64,000 nt of DNA from Octopus sinensis. Its lineage: Eukaryota. Made by a program: the position numbers and the translations under genes. Positions 24,211 to 37,439 of the stretch are shown one piece after another. Where the stretch lies: assembly GCF_006345805.1 (NCBI RefSeq), contig NC_043008.1, positions 16,988,001 through 17,052,000 of the forward strand, given 5' to 3'. Numbering within the stretch: the first letter of the stretch is position 1; each line of letters opens with the position of its first letter. The notes below the pieces were generated by a model. It saw only the letters and a program-made list of their open reading frames with translations, was not told the DNA's origin and searched no databases.

Positions 24211-25414
24211 AAGTAGTAATATAGCCGAATGGTTAAGAGTTTTCTCTTGCTGTCATTAGGTCTCGGTTTCGGTTCCACTCTCCGTTATCATGGACAAGCA
24301 TTATTTTCTAAAGCCGGGGGTTTACTCAAACGTTGTGAGTAAAAATTAAGGTGGACGGAAACTTTGCAAATGTCATTCGAAGGATCAAACCTGTAATTCA
24401 AGGGTAACCTTGTCATGCATTACCGTGGCCATTGCGCCTGAGTATTCCTTTAAAGGTACACGTGTGTATGGAATATTCAGCCATTTACACACTAATTCAA
24501 TGAATTTGCTGGTTTAATTAATGAAGCATTTGAAAATTCGTGGTCAGAATTTCTAGTCAGTTCCATTTATTTTCAACCTTTTTTAAAAAAATCTTTCTGT
24601 CCTTACATTTTGCAGCAAAATCACTCCCAACTCCAATTTACAATTCCTTTCCATCGTCGCAAAAAGATAAGAGGACAACTGTTTGTAGTTTGTCTGACAT
24701 GTGCTCTGCTGGAATTAGAGACAACTAGGTTTCTTGGCCGTCGGCAGCTACTGGTATTAATGGCAATATATTTGATGTGATTTTCTTCGTTTCTCTTGTA
24801 GCTATACACTGCTCTGCAACAAATTTATTCTAAAAAATGGGAGCAGCCATGATATTCATCTTTGTTATCTGCCGTTGTTGATATCGCAGTTTTTGCGACA
24901 GCAGTTTTGTTTTCCATCTGCTAGATAGAAAACCCCTTAAGTATCCTTTACTATCAGTCCTGTAGCAACTGCTCCTTCTCTTCTGTACCCTCCGAACTGC
25001 TATAATGACTGTATTCACTCTGTCGCATCGATCATACTTACGTCCAAGACATCTTTGTCATCATCAATGTTCGTAAGGGCCGGGTGGGAAATGCAACACC
25101 ATTCCATAGCATATTGTTGCCCGTTAACCCCACCTTTGCCATATGTCCTCACTACTGCACAAAAGTGACGACAAGACAACGCTGCGACATTGGTGCAAAT
25201 ATCTTGTAATCCAAAAATTAATGTATCACTCACCCTATGGTCAAAAACATGTCTCACAAGATATGCATATATATTCATACCAATATTTGAAACACATATC
25301 GTGTCTCAAACCGGCAAGTGCTTCCTAAAACTACTCTTTCGAGGGAATATAGAACTGGATGTTTATACTGAAGCCCCATCCCACACACACACGCACACAT
25401 ACCACACACGAAAT

Positions 25415-26410
25415 ATACTATAATGAATAGCACGAGGTGGAGGTTATCGTGTATGGATCTAGTCGGGATTACGCAGTTTTGCGCCTCCCCGACCAAGTCC
25501 TCGACGACAAGCGCCAACCACTTTGCTAATACGTTGGCCAAAATCTTACACTATGTGTTAAGCTGAGTTATAGGCCTGAAATGATCTACTGTCCCTCTTG
25601 ATTTAATCTTTTCTTATCAGAGTCACAACGCCACGGCACACAGAACTGGGAATATACCCGTTCTGCTGCCAGTTGCTGTAGAACGCTTCGAGGAGATTAG
25701 AGAACAAGTCTAGCATATTCACTTAAAGTTCATAGGGCAAACCATCTAAACCTAGTGGCTAATGCCTCTTGCAATCGACAAGGGCATCCTGAATTTCGGC
25801 TGAATTTATTTACCTATCACAGCGCTCAACGCCAGCCGTCAAGAGACGCAGCTAACTGTCGAAGTAGGAGCTGAAGTCCGCCACCATCTCCGCCTCACCA
25901 CTCTCTCCGAACCAGCAAGCAAAGTGCTGGCGAATGGCCTCATACATCGGCCTGGAATCGCTCAGCTGGTGTCCGTCTCGGTCCCTCAAAGTCCAAATTT
26001 TGGTCTTGTTCCCACGCGTCGTCTCCGCCACGCGGGCCCATCGAAAAGCTTTGATCTCCTCATTTCTTAGAGCACGCGCCTTAGCTCTGAGAATGCAACC
26101 TTAATGTTTCGCGTTGAAGAACTGGTCTAATGCCATTCTCGCTGCTAGCACGTCGGTTGCAATTCCACTACAAATAGCCCCACCTAGTTTATCTACTATC
26201 CCCTCCGCTTTTCTATTTCTTCTAACACTATTTCTTTGATGAACCCTATCAACATTCATCTCTCTTTTGAGGGCCGCGCACTACCTGTTGTTGACGACAC
26301 CCCCTGTCAACTTCTACTTAACTAAATTGCTGACCCAGTCCCTGTAGGTCTTATGTGCCAGAAAATACATGTTCAGCTTCCAGTAACGGAGTCCTAACCT
26401 ACGCGTCTTA
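25415..26410 (-). pseudogene. Tx1/L1-like ORF2 fragment (post-APE linker to RT domains 0-2)
   Basis: RYWKLN...DVLAARMALDQFF...GCILRAKARALRNE...PLGLDGLPYEL*...NWQQNGYIPSSVCRGVVTLIRK...RPITQLN...KILANVLA...LVGEAQNCVIPTRSIHDNLHL. Confidence 0.85.
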
Positions 26411-27509
26411 TCTAGGTCGATACCCTACACTGTTATTATCTAATTTTAGAATCGCTAAAGTACATTTTAGAAGTAACACTTAGATATTAGCAAAAGAAAA
26501 GTATTCAGAGAGACATGTTTAACATTTGAGATCTTAAAATCCTAATTTTTCTTCTAACCTACAACTAATATTATTAGAAAACTATTTCGTGGTATCATAG
26601 AAGCTTGAGTAAAGGAAATGTAAAGAGGTGTGTCTATAGTATTGTGTTGTATGGGCTTAAATAGTTTAACTGTTTTGCAGAGATATAATTTTAGTAGCAA
26701 GCTGAATAGTATATAATTATTTTGTAACAGTTTTCAGAATATTTTTTATAGGAAGAGCACTGACTATTATCAAACATTGAATTAAAATTAAATGAGAATA
26801 TTATATAGAATAAAAATAAATTTAATATTCAGTTATATGGTTTTGGAATAATTTTGCTTAATGCCGACACAGCAGAACCATTAGATCGAATTCGAGAAAT
26901 AATTATAACACCATGTATAAATTATTGGTAATAGTCATATCAATTACTGAAAACAATAATGAAATATTAGTAATAAAAACACTAAGAAAATAATAACGAT
27001 TAAACCAATAAAATACTTAAAATATTGAAATCCTATATGGAAATCGTATATTCTCGTCATATCCATTGTTTGAAGTATGCTGAAATGAACCCCTTATCTA
27101 TCAACCAATTCTAAGAACTAGTGAGATTTTCAACATTAGTAATTACTAAATGAATAAAGTATCATTTTATTAAATATCATTTATGAATATAAGAACAGAG
27201 ATAACAGCCAGAACACATCTTTGATCAATTTCTCCAGTGTAATTCAAATACAGAGAAGAATATTGTAAGTATGATAATAAAATTAAGTTTAATAGAATGA
27301 TTCTAAAAAGATCTGTGATAATGTTTCCAGCGTTCGTATTGTCTAGTTCCTATTTAATAATAATTGAAGCAATGAATAATGTATTTTCAAATATAATTAC
27401 TATTTGGAAAAAATAATTGCAGTTGTTGGTTATAACCTATAAAGAATTTCAAAACTAAGTAAATTTCCATGCAAACCACGGAGAATTCAAGGCAATCCAA
27501 CGTACAAGT

Positions 27510-27821
27510 GGAGGCACATGGCGTATTGGTTAGAGCAGCGGACTCGCGGTCGAGGGATCGCGGGTTCGAATCTCAGACCGGGCGATGTGTGTGTTTATGA
27601 GCGAAAACACCTAAGCTCCACGCGATTCCGGCAGAAGGTAACGGCAAACGTCCGCTGACTCTTTCGCCACAACATTTTCGCACTCTTTTCTCCTGCATCT
27701 TACAACTCACCTGCGACGGACCGGCGTCCCGTCCAGGTGGGGAACCTATACGCCAAGAAACCGGGAAACCGGCCCTCATGAGCCACGCATGACTCGAGAA
27801 GGAACAAACAACAAAACAACA
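27510..27821 (+). mobile_element. tRNA-derived SINE family C2, full length
   Basis: A/B boxes, V/Meta-like domain CCTGCGACGGACCGGCGTCCCGTCCAGG, (AAC)n tail, degenerate TSD AATCCAACG(T/G)AC(A/G)AG. Confidence 0.9.
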
Positions 27822-27937
27822 AATCCAACGGACGAGACTTTGGAGCTTCGATGTTTTACTTGCCCGCGCTCTCACTTAGATAATAAAATGAAGCAGGAAG
27901 GTTATACGGACGTTCTCAATTCGACAACGTATATATA

Positions 27938-28043
27938 TTTTTATTGCCCACTGGGGGCTAAACACAGAAGGGTCAAACAAAAAAACAGACAAAGGGATTA
28001 AGTCGATTATATCGACCCCAGTGTGTAACTGGTACTTATTTAA
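27938..28043 (-). mobile_element. Family-B SINE, 3' half
   Basis: GCCCACTGGGGGCTAAACACAGAAGGG...GTCGATTATATCGACCCCAGTG. Confidence 0.8.
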
Positions 28044-28324
28044 TATGGATATAGATATAGATGACGTATGAGCCTTTCGGGAAGGTCTTGCCGAACAACC
28101 ACACAGATAATTTGTTTATAGTGATCAAATGTTTGTGTTCACATAAGCTCACTCCCTTCATCATATCGACTTTACCTGCACAGGTGCACCATGTGCCACA
28201 TGTCAGGTAACCAACACAGAAGTTATAATACAAATATATTTCTTAAAAACTATTACGACCATTGTTGTTGTTGTTGCTGTGATTCTTGTTGTTGTTGTTG
28301 TTGTTATTATTATTATTATTATTA

Positions 28325-28355
<31 letters not shown>

Positions 28356-28639
28356 ATTATTATTATTATTTATGGGTTTTTCTTCTTCTTTCAAATTTGC
28401 TTCCATTTCTTGCCGAGTGTCTTCCCGACTCCTAGGGCAAAGAAACTCATTAAACTAAACTCGCTAGTTTGTTAATTTTTTTTTTTTTTATAGAAATAAA
28501 GTTAAATTAAAATACATGGGTAGTAATAGTTCTCACATCGACAATGCTCTTCTCAATACGTGTGATGTACCAGTTACTTCTTGCACGGATGGTAAGCCAG
28601 GGATCATTCTCATATAATTTCCGGTTCCCTTCTTGATCA

Positions 28640-28679
<40 letters not shown>

Positions 28680-28694
28680 TTATTATCATTATTA

Positions 28695-28891
28695 TTATCA
28701 TTATTCAGTAGTTTTATTTTTATAACGTGCTTTCACTTCACTACCGAGCGCAGCTCTGTGTGCCTTGGGAATGTGCTGTGATTTGTTGTGATGCTCTGAT
28801 GGTTATTGTATGGAAAGTGTTCTGCGTAGGATGTGTGCAGTGCCTAGTAGTGCAATTTTCTGTATGTTATATGTGTTTGTAAGTCCTGGTG

Positions 28892-28892
<1 letters not shown>
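28695..28892 (-). mobile_element. Dong/R4-like LINE extreme 3' end with (AAT)n tail
   Basis: Minus strand PGLTNTYNIQKIALLGTAHILRRTLSIQ*, then a short UTR and (AAT)n. Confidence 0.8.
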
Positions 28893-28940
<48 letters not shown>

Positions 28941-29319
28941 TATTATTTAATCTATCATTTCTAATCAGTGTGTATTTCAAGTTACTTGGTGTACCTTGAC
29001 AAACGTGCAAGAAATGTTCTTGCGTTTCTAACCGTGTGTGAGAAGGCGTACATATATTAAATATAATTATCTACATCATTGCTGTAAACACACAGACACA
29101 CACACAGACACATGCTAAAATAAAATAAAATAAATATTGCTTCGTATAAATTGCATAACATATTGTCAGCTGTTTCCTGTAGATTCATTAAAACTTGATG
29201 AAATCCAATTGAGGTGAAGTCGCAAAATTATTAATTTTCTTAATGGTCACTTTGTATTTTATTTAATATTTATAATATGCGTAGGAGAGGCATAACACCT
29301 GTGATTTAAATAATATTAT

Positions 29320-29343
29320 ATATATTATATATATATACTATAT

Positions 29344-29377
<34 letters not shown>

Positions 29378-30117
29378 CATATATATATAACGTGTATATA
29401 ATATTTCGTTAATTATCATTAGTATTCCGATTTCTTACAATCTTCAACGTCAACATTCGACAGCCATTAAAACGATCATCGTTATTATTATTATCATCAT
29501 CATCATCATCATAATCATTAGAACCTTATTGTTATTGTAATCTTAATTGCACATGGTTTAAGTGCTGACTTGTTCTCAATTACTTTCAGTTTAAAAGTGT
29601 TGTAGAAGTGCATATAAAAAAAAAAAAAGTTAAAATTATAAACGTCTAAACGTTATGCGAAATTTAGATGACAAAACGTGAGAAGAAATCTCTTCAGGAA
29701 AGAAAATGCATTGTATATATGTATATATATATGTGTGTGTGTATACCCAAATAGTTGTGTATATATATATTTGTGTGCATATATATACATATACACACAC
29801 ATGAATATATACATAACACAAATATATTTGTATATATAAATATGTTTGTGTATATATAGTTCTGTTTATAAATATGCACACTATATAGATAGATTTACAC
29901 ACATATATATGTAAGTATGTATATGTATATATCTATATATATATATAAATACATGTACGTGTGTATACATACATATATTTGAATGTATGTACATACATAT
30001 ATATATATATATACATATAAATAACAATATATGTATATACACACATATAAATATATATGTATATATACGTTTGTATACATGTTTGTATATTTGTGTATAT
30101 TACGTATGTATGTATTA

Positions 30118-30165
<48 letters not shown>

Positions 30166-30270
30166 AAAATGAACATATATGCATACGATTGTATGTATTT
30201 ATGCATATACACACACACACGCACACAAACACACTGACACACACTCTAACACACACACACACACAAGTAC
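29320..30270. repeat. Compound (AT)n/(AC)n microsatellite-rich field
   Basis: Direct observation. Confidence 0.85.
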
Positions 30271-30868
30271 GCATACAAATATAAACAATGAAAATAAAGG
30301 TTGATGGAAATATAGAACAGAGTAAACAAAAAACAAGAGAAAAATACAAAAAAATGTTAAAAAAAGAAACATAAAAACAATAAGCTGAGATGGATGATTA
30401 TGTAAAAAGGAAAAGATAAGAAAACAAGAGAATGACCAAAATTAGGCGAGAGATAATTAAGTGGGGAAAGTCAGAAGGAGAAGAAACAGATATAAAAAAA
30501 TAAGAAAGGAAAAAAATATAACAGGGGAGATGAATGACTTTTGAAGAAAATATAAATAAATAAATAATTATTGGGAGTGTAAAGAGAATTGTAGAATTTC
30601 AGGATGAAATAGGAAAACATAGAAGAAAGTGTGGTTGATGGTATATTTATTGTAAATAAAGATGGGAGTAGAAATGGAGTGAACAATCATAGAAACAAAC
30701 AAAGCATGGCATGTAAATGAATTAAATATTGCATTAGTGTGAGATGTGGACTTTGCGGTTTGTCGAAAATATATTAAGGAAATCCTGCAAAACAGTTCCA
30801 CATTTATGTGGTAAAAAATACGTGTTGTGAAATAATCTCGTTCGTTTAACGATTCAGTGTTTCATTTC

Positions 30869-30901
<33 letters not shown>

Positions 30902-30994
30902 TTATTGAGAATTTAATGAACGGTGAGGTAGCATTGCTAGTGATGAGAGTTGTAAGGGAAACGGTTAGATAAACTGGTGGCTTCTGGTTAATTG

Positions 30995-31160
30995 AAGTAA
31001 ATAGGCATCGCTCTGTAGTGAGAAGATTCCTTCCCAAACCACATGGTGGCGGGTTCAGTCCCACTACGTGGTACCGGGGGAAAATTTCTTCCACTTCCGC
31101 CTCGGGTCGATCATTGTTTCGTGAGCGGATTTGGTTGGGGAAAACCCTTTGGAAATTCAC
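30995..31160 (+). mobile_element. CORE-like SINE family A, old 5' fragment
   Basis: CTGTAGTGAGAAGATTCCTTCCCAAACCACATGG...GGGTTCAGTCCCACTACGTGG. Confidence 0.65.
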
Positions 31161-31306
31161 TATATATATTTATATATATATCGTATAGAGGGCATTATTA
31201 CACATAAATGCCTCACACTAGGAGGGACAAAGTCATTACTACCAAAATCATACTAATCATACCCAAATGCAGTTTTTCAAAGCAAGACATTTAAAAAAAT
31301 GAATTT

Positions 31307-31364
31307 AGTTCTGTATCACCGTGATTTCACATTCAACTTACGTCTAATGATCGTCAGCAGAACT
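31307..31364 (-). ncRNA. Type I hammerhead ribozyme
   Basis: AGTTCTG-CTGACGA-T-CATTAGAC GTAA GTTGAATG-T-GAAA-TCAC G GTGA-TA-CAGAACT: perfect 7-bp helix I, GNRA-capped helix II, palindromic helix III, AUA cleavage triplet. Confidence 0.85.
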
Positions 31365-31849
31365 GATTCTGAACACATCATAAATAAACTACCAACCTTA
31401 CGTAGCGAAGACGAACAGACAACTGCTCACTCCGGCCAAGCACATGGAATGTTTATAAATCATATATCCGGTAAATGGCGGGCTTTTTACGAACTGCATG
31501 TCGGGTAATGAAAAGTATTTCGGAATAAGTTTAACAATTAAGGATAATCTCTTAATAAGGGATCTTAACAAGAAATTATCGGGTAGCTAGCGTGAAAACC
31601 TCATAAAAGAAAAGAATTCGAAAATAATTTTTTCTTTTGAACAAATTATTATATATATATTGTATAGAGGGCATTATTACACATAAATGCCTCACACTAG
31701 GAGGGACAAAGTCATTACTACCAAAATCATACTAATCATACCCAAATGCAGTTTTCAAAGCAAGACATTTAAAAAAATGAATTTAGTTCTGTATCACCGT
31801 GATTTCACATTCAACTTGTTGGTAGTTTATTTATGATGTGTTCAGAATC

Positions 31850-31907
31850 AGTTCTGCTGACGATCATTAGACGTAAGTTGAATGTGAAATCACGGTGATA
31901 CAGAACT
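31850..31907 (+). ncRNA. Type I hammerhead ribozyme (identical copy in the inverted arm)
   Basis: Same 58-nt sequence as 31307-31364 on the opposite strand. Confidence 0.85.
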
Positions 31908-32185
31908 AAATTCATTTTTTTAAATGTCTTGCTTTGAAAAACTGCATTTGGGTATGATTAGTATGATTTTGGTAGTAATGACTTTGTCCCTCCTAGTGTG
32001 AGGCATTTATGTGTAATAATGCCCTCTATACAATATAGATATAATTAATTTGTTCAAAAGAAAAAAAATATTTTCGAATTCTTTTCTTTTATGAGGTTTT
32101 CACGCTAGCTACCCGATAATTTCTTGTTAAGATCCCTTATTAAGAGATTATCCTTAATTGTTAAACTTATATTTATATATATATA

Positions 32186-32250
<65 letters not shown>

Positions 32251-32934
32251 TGTTTGGGTTTGTCCATACCACTGCTTGTTAACCGGTATTGGTTTGCTTA
32301 CGTCCTCCTAATTTGTTGGTTTGGCAAAAAGAGGACCGAGAGAATAAGTACCAGATTTAATGTATAAGTTCTGAGTTTGATTCATTCAACTAAATCCTTC
32401 AAAGACTTCCAATACGTAATCCTATTAATAGATAAAATATGACGAAATAAGACGACGAGCTGGAGTACCCTTTAGCACGCCGGACGAAATTAGGGCTAAA
32501 CATCATCGCTAACAACAACACGATAATTATAACCACTGAAGAAATATTTATTTAGTCGTTCGACCTGTTAGAAATCTCAGCGAAATATTTCTCAAGTTGC
32601 ATCTGATTTTCTTTAACAAAAAGGACACATTTAATATACTGTAGTTTCCATTACCCTTAAAAAGGAGAGGTATGTCTCGGCTGAATTGTCTTTGATCATT
32701 GGTTTTGCTCGACCTGGGCTGATGATGGACTAGTCAAGTGCACCAAGTGAGTAATTAACAGCAGATTCAGTACAGTGTTGAACAACGTGACTTAATGAAG
32801 ACCGTAACGCTGTTTTTGGTGATTATTTCCCAGTACTTGCCAAATCAATCAGCACGTGTACATCTCAAAGAAATGGTCAATATATTCATACTTGTAGTAT
32901 TGATTTTCTATAGATCGGACACTACTTTTCATAC

Positions 32935-33287
32935 TCAGACACACACACACATACCCACTTACATACCTACAAGCATATATACAAGTACACACACATAAAC
33001 ATATACGTACACACACACATACATATATAGATACACATATCTCTCTCCAAACCACTCTCCTGTCTCCTCCATTCTTTCTTTGTACACACACACATACATA
33101 TATATATATATGCATATGTATATATACATATATATATGCATATGTATATAGATATACATATATATATATGAATATATATATATATACAAACATATATATA
33201 TATACATATATATATGTATATATATACATATATGTATATATACATATATATGTATATATATCTATATATATATATATATATATATAG

Positions 33288-33320
<33 letters not shown>

Positions 33321-33324
33321 TATA

Positions 33325-33356
<32 letters not shown>

Positions 33357-33391
33357 ACATATATATATATATATATACATACATACACATA

Positions 33392-33445
<54 letters not shown>

Positions 33446-33455
33446 ATATATATAC

Positions 33456-33487
<32 letters not shown>

Positions 33488-33540
33488 ATCTATATATATA
33501 TATATATATATATATACGTATATATATATAATATATATAT
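32935..33540. repeat. Long (AT)n/(ATAC)n microsatellite
   Basis: Direct observation. Confidence 0.95.
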
Positions 33541-34244
33541 GGTTGTGGTGTAAGTAATTTCAACTTTCCTCCTGTATTTATCGATAGCAATCATAATCCA
33601 ATATGAACATTTACAAAACAAACTTAGCTTCGCCATTAATGATCAATAGTTATATCGTACTTTATACGTAATATTCAACTGAATTCAAATTGATTCATAT
33701 GATCTCGTCTTTAAATTTGATAAGATATTTCTTGCTCAATACTTTACAAGATGTATATCTGTTATATTTAATTTTTTCATGATATAATTTTTTTTTTCTT
33801 ATCGTCCATGATAGTTAACGTTTTCTTCTTTTTATATTTTTGTATATAAATATGAAGTCTAGTTTTATGTTTTCACAAATTTAATCTGACTGTCTGCATA
33901 AGTAAGACTTCATTCATACAGCAACGGAATACATTATATAACTTAGCCGTATGAGAATTATATATATATATATATGTCACAAGATACCATATATTTGTGT
34001 ACTTTAGGCGTATAATTCTCCAACATCATTTGGTATTTGTACATTAATCCCATGTATTAATTAAGACAAAATTTTAAAAAGAGAAATCTTCTTTCATATA
34101 CACGTTCGGTCTATTGAATCAACTCGTTGTATGATACAGCCGTACTTTTGAGATTTACAGTATGTGACCTAATATCACATAAAAGAATATAATGTATAAC
34201 ACATTCATGTTCAATAAATTCATATGAAATCAATGTGTGCCAGT

Positions 34245-34650
34245 GTGGTTATGAAGCTTGCATTGTAGCTATGTTTTTTCAGGTTCAATCCCAAAGTGCG
34301 TCACCTTGGGCAAGTGTTTGCTACAACAGCCTTGGACCGACGAATGTCTTGTGAATGAATTTAGTTGACAGAAACTGTATGAAAAGACCGTCGTAGATAT
34401 ATATATATATACCTGTGTATGTTTGTGGTTTTTCTCGCTACCTTTTGGCAACCTAAGTTGGTTTGTTTACGTTCTCGTTAGATTGGTCACTCTCGACGGG
34501 CTTCTACCCTTTTTCGATTACCTGATCAACTCATAAGACTTTAACTGGATTGGAGCTATAGTAGAAAATACTTGCTCATGGTGCTACGCAGTGGTACTGA
34601 ATCCAAAATCACGTGGTTGCAAAGCTAGTTTGTTAACCACAGTCCTACTT
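34245..34650. mobile_element. Two old family-A SINE fragments in inverted orientation (+ 34245-34470, - 34510-34650)
   Basis: CACCTTGGGCAAGTG on the plus strand; GCTATAGTAGAAAATACTTGCTCATGGTGCTACGCAGTGG is the reverse-strand CORE. Confidence 0.7.
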
Positions 34651-34894
34651 GAGCTTACGCTTGCTTCTATAATATTTATCAGCCAAAAAAGTCCTCCTAT
34701 TTCACATTTACACTTCGACTTGTTAACCATTTCAAACATCTATCGACATGACTATTTTATACTCGCCTTTAAAATAATTCCCTGCATTAAAAAGCTCTTC
34801 CAATATTTTCCGTATTACCCCATTGTGGGTTTTTGTCTTACTCAAAAATATAAGGTTTGTGGGATTTGGGATTTCAGCTACAGGTTTCTAAATG

Positions 34895-35450
34895 ATTCCT
34901 TTGGGAACTCTGTTGAAATCACTGCATACAAAGAGCAAAAGCGTGGTATGAGCAAACCCCAGAAGGAACCACCGAGAATGAAGTTTGCAATGATTCAGTG
35001 CAATCACCTGACCAGACATCGGAACTGGACATTCTGGTGGTGAATAAAAAAAAAAAGAACTTGCATGATAATCGACATAGCATATTCCGGTGACAACAGG
35101 ATCAAAGAAAAAGAAGAATAACAACTGAACTACTATAACGATTTGAAGTGGGAAATACGAAGGCTGTGGTGAACGAAGGGAATAGACATAATACCAATAG
35201 TAATTAGTGCACTTGGAAGTATCAGCACTCAGCTAACAACATGGTTCAAAAAGATTCGTGCAAATATAAAGTTAGAACACCTACAAAAATCAGTATTGCT
35301 TGGAACTGCAAGAATTCTTCGCAGGGTTCTTGTGGCAAGATAAATACACAAAAGTCACCTTAGTCTACTAGCTGTTGACAACTGAGGCTTTCCTTCATTT
35401 CCGGCAAAAGAAGCTGTGAGTTCTCATCAAATAACAATGATAATAACAAT
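34895..35450 (+). pseudogene. Dong/R4-like LINE 3' portion (RLE domain and UTR)
   Basis: AKAWYEQTPEG...LDILVVNKKKRTCMIIDIAYSGDNRIKEKEE...YNDLKWEIRRLW...IIPIVISALG...LQKSVLLGTARILRRVL. Confidence 0.85.
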
Positions 35451-35680
35451 TATTTCTTTACTACCAACAGGGGGCTAAACATAGAGGGAACAAACAAGGA
35501 CAGACAAAGGGATTAAGCCGATTACATCGACCCAGTGCGAAACTGGTACTTTATTTATCGACACCGCGAGGATGAAAGGCAAAGTTGACATCGGCGGAAT
35601 TTGAACTCAGAACGTAACGACAGACGAAATACCGCTAAGCATTTCGCCCGGCGCGCTAACGTTTCTGCCAGCTCTCCGCC

Positions 35681-35682
<2 letters not shown>
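35451..35682 (-). mobile_element. Family-B SINE inserted in the (AAT)n tail of the Dong/R4 LINE
   Basis: Full-length reverse copy flanked by AAT repeats. Confidence 0.9.
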
Positions 35683-35739
<57 letters not shown>

Positions 35740-36544
35740 TCTATTATGAAAAATACCTTTTGATAAATGTGATATAAGATTTGAGCTATCAGTTAATCCT
35801 CCGATTATTTTGTTAATTTGTTTATGTTTCAGCGCTTACTTGGTTTCTGCGCTGTTTTTGCTGTCATTTCTTCCCTCTTGTATAACAAATTACTCGTTAG
35901 TCTAATTTGTTATAGGAGAGGAGAAAATGACAGCCACATCTCAAATATTTCTGTCTACAAAAAATACAAAAAAAACCAAAAAAAAAACAAAAAGAAACTA
36001 GAAAATACTTTCTTTCTCACGTCTTTCTTGATAAGCTGATTTCGAATATTTTATCACGTTTGCTTGCATATGATTGGTTGAATATCTTTGGTAGTTTTTT
36101 TTTTAATTTTTTACCATTATTTCCTCTCATAAGTTTCCCGGGCACATTATCTGGCAAAAATATTAACACAAACGTTGACCAGCGTAATCTTTGAATGGAA
36201 AGTTGAAGGTACATCGCATCAGACGTTATTGATTTGCAATAACGTTCTTTTCCATTTGGCAACATTTTAATAGCGATGTGTCTTTATCAGTGCCAGCCTC
36301 TTTGCGGACTATCCATTTCAGGTAGCGGGGAAAACGGGAAGATCTCAAGTAAAGATCTGTTCTGAATAAGTCATTAGATGTTTCGTTCATTAGAATTTTC
36401 TTTTATCGCCAAGAACACTTGCATCTTATTTAGTGTTTACTTACGTCTGGAATGAAATGTCTGGAGAAACGGCAAAAAAAAATAAAGAAAAAAAGATGAA
36501 CACTTCAGTATTATGACGAAATAATTTTTCTCAGTATATTTTCG

Positions 36545-37070
36545 ATCATTTACTAGTTTCAATCACTGGAGCGTGGTCATGCTGTGGCACCGCTCTGAAG
36601 GGTTTTAGTTGAACAAGTAGACTCTACAGCTTATTTTTTTTAAAGTCTGGTACTTATTATAACCGTTTATTTTGCCGATCCGCTTAGTTACGCACACATA
36701 AACAAACAAGCAATGTGTGAGGGAACAGACACAATCACTATACACACACATATAAATACACACATACATATAAATACATACACACACACACACGCCACGA
36801 ACATGCACACCCACAGATATACACACATATAAATACATGCATGCATACACACGTACATATAAACACACACCACACACACACGCACACACACAAACACAAA
36901 CACACACATATGTATGTGTATACACGAAGGGTTTCTGCCAAATCCGTCTGCCAAATCCATACTATAGCCTGGATTTATATTAGAACATACTTACCCAAGG
37001 TGCCATCAATATTAGTGAACGTGAAACTATGGTTGTGAACCAAACTTCTTACCGCTCAGACGGGCTCGCG
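36545..37070 (-). mobile_element. CORE-like SINE family A with expanded internal (AC)n
   Basis: Tail TTTCAATCACTGGAGCGTGGTCATGCTG; head CCCAAGGTGCCA...AACCAAACTTCTTACC. Confidence 0.75.
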
Positions 37071-37439
37071 TCTATAGTAATATCTTTTTAAAATGTCTCT
37101 ACAGGTTCCATTTATTTAGAATTTTCATTTATTGAAGGACACATGCACCGAACTCATCTACCTATTTTAAATTTCACTTACGTCTGGAATTCAATATCTC
37201 AATAAATGTGAAAAATATACTGGCCTGGTTTATGACTAAAGAATATCCGTCAGTATGTTCAACGTTATACAGTTTTTATTTTGAACAGATGTTGTCTTCA
37301 TTATGTAATCTCTATGTATATCAGATATGGAAATAAAATACTAAATTTATATGAGCGGCCATAAACATCACGTAAAATACATTTCTTAGTAAAAATGTGT
37401 CATCATTAAAATTTGTCTGCTATTTGATAACGGATTCTG

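Larger units (their letters stand above)
31183..32170. mobile_element. Non-coding hammerhead-bearing element: 479-bp monomer, partial tandem copy and inverted junction-spanning copy (retrozyme or non-autonomous PLE)
   Basis: GTATAGAGGGC at 31183 and 31662 (period 479); the second copy stops at 31817; 31818-32170 is the reverse complement of monomer 31396-31183, the AT junction and 31648-31525. Copies are nearly identical. Confidence 0.9.

Noticed and set aside
24780-25400. GC-balanced unique-looking segment with a minus-strand GTAAGT and short ORFs
   Set aside because: No recognisable motif in any frame; left unassigned.
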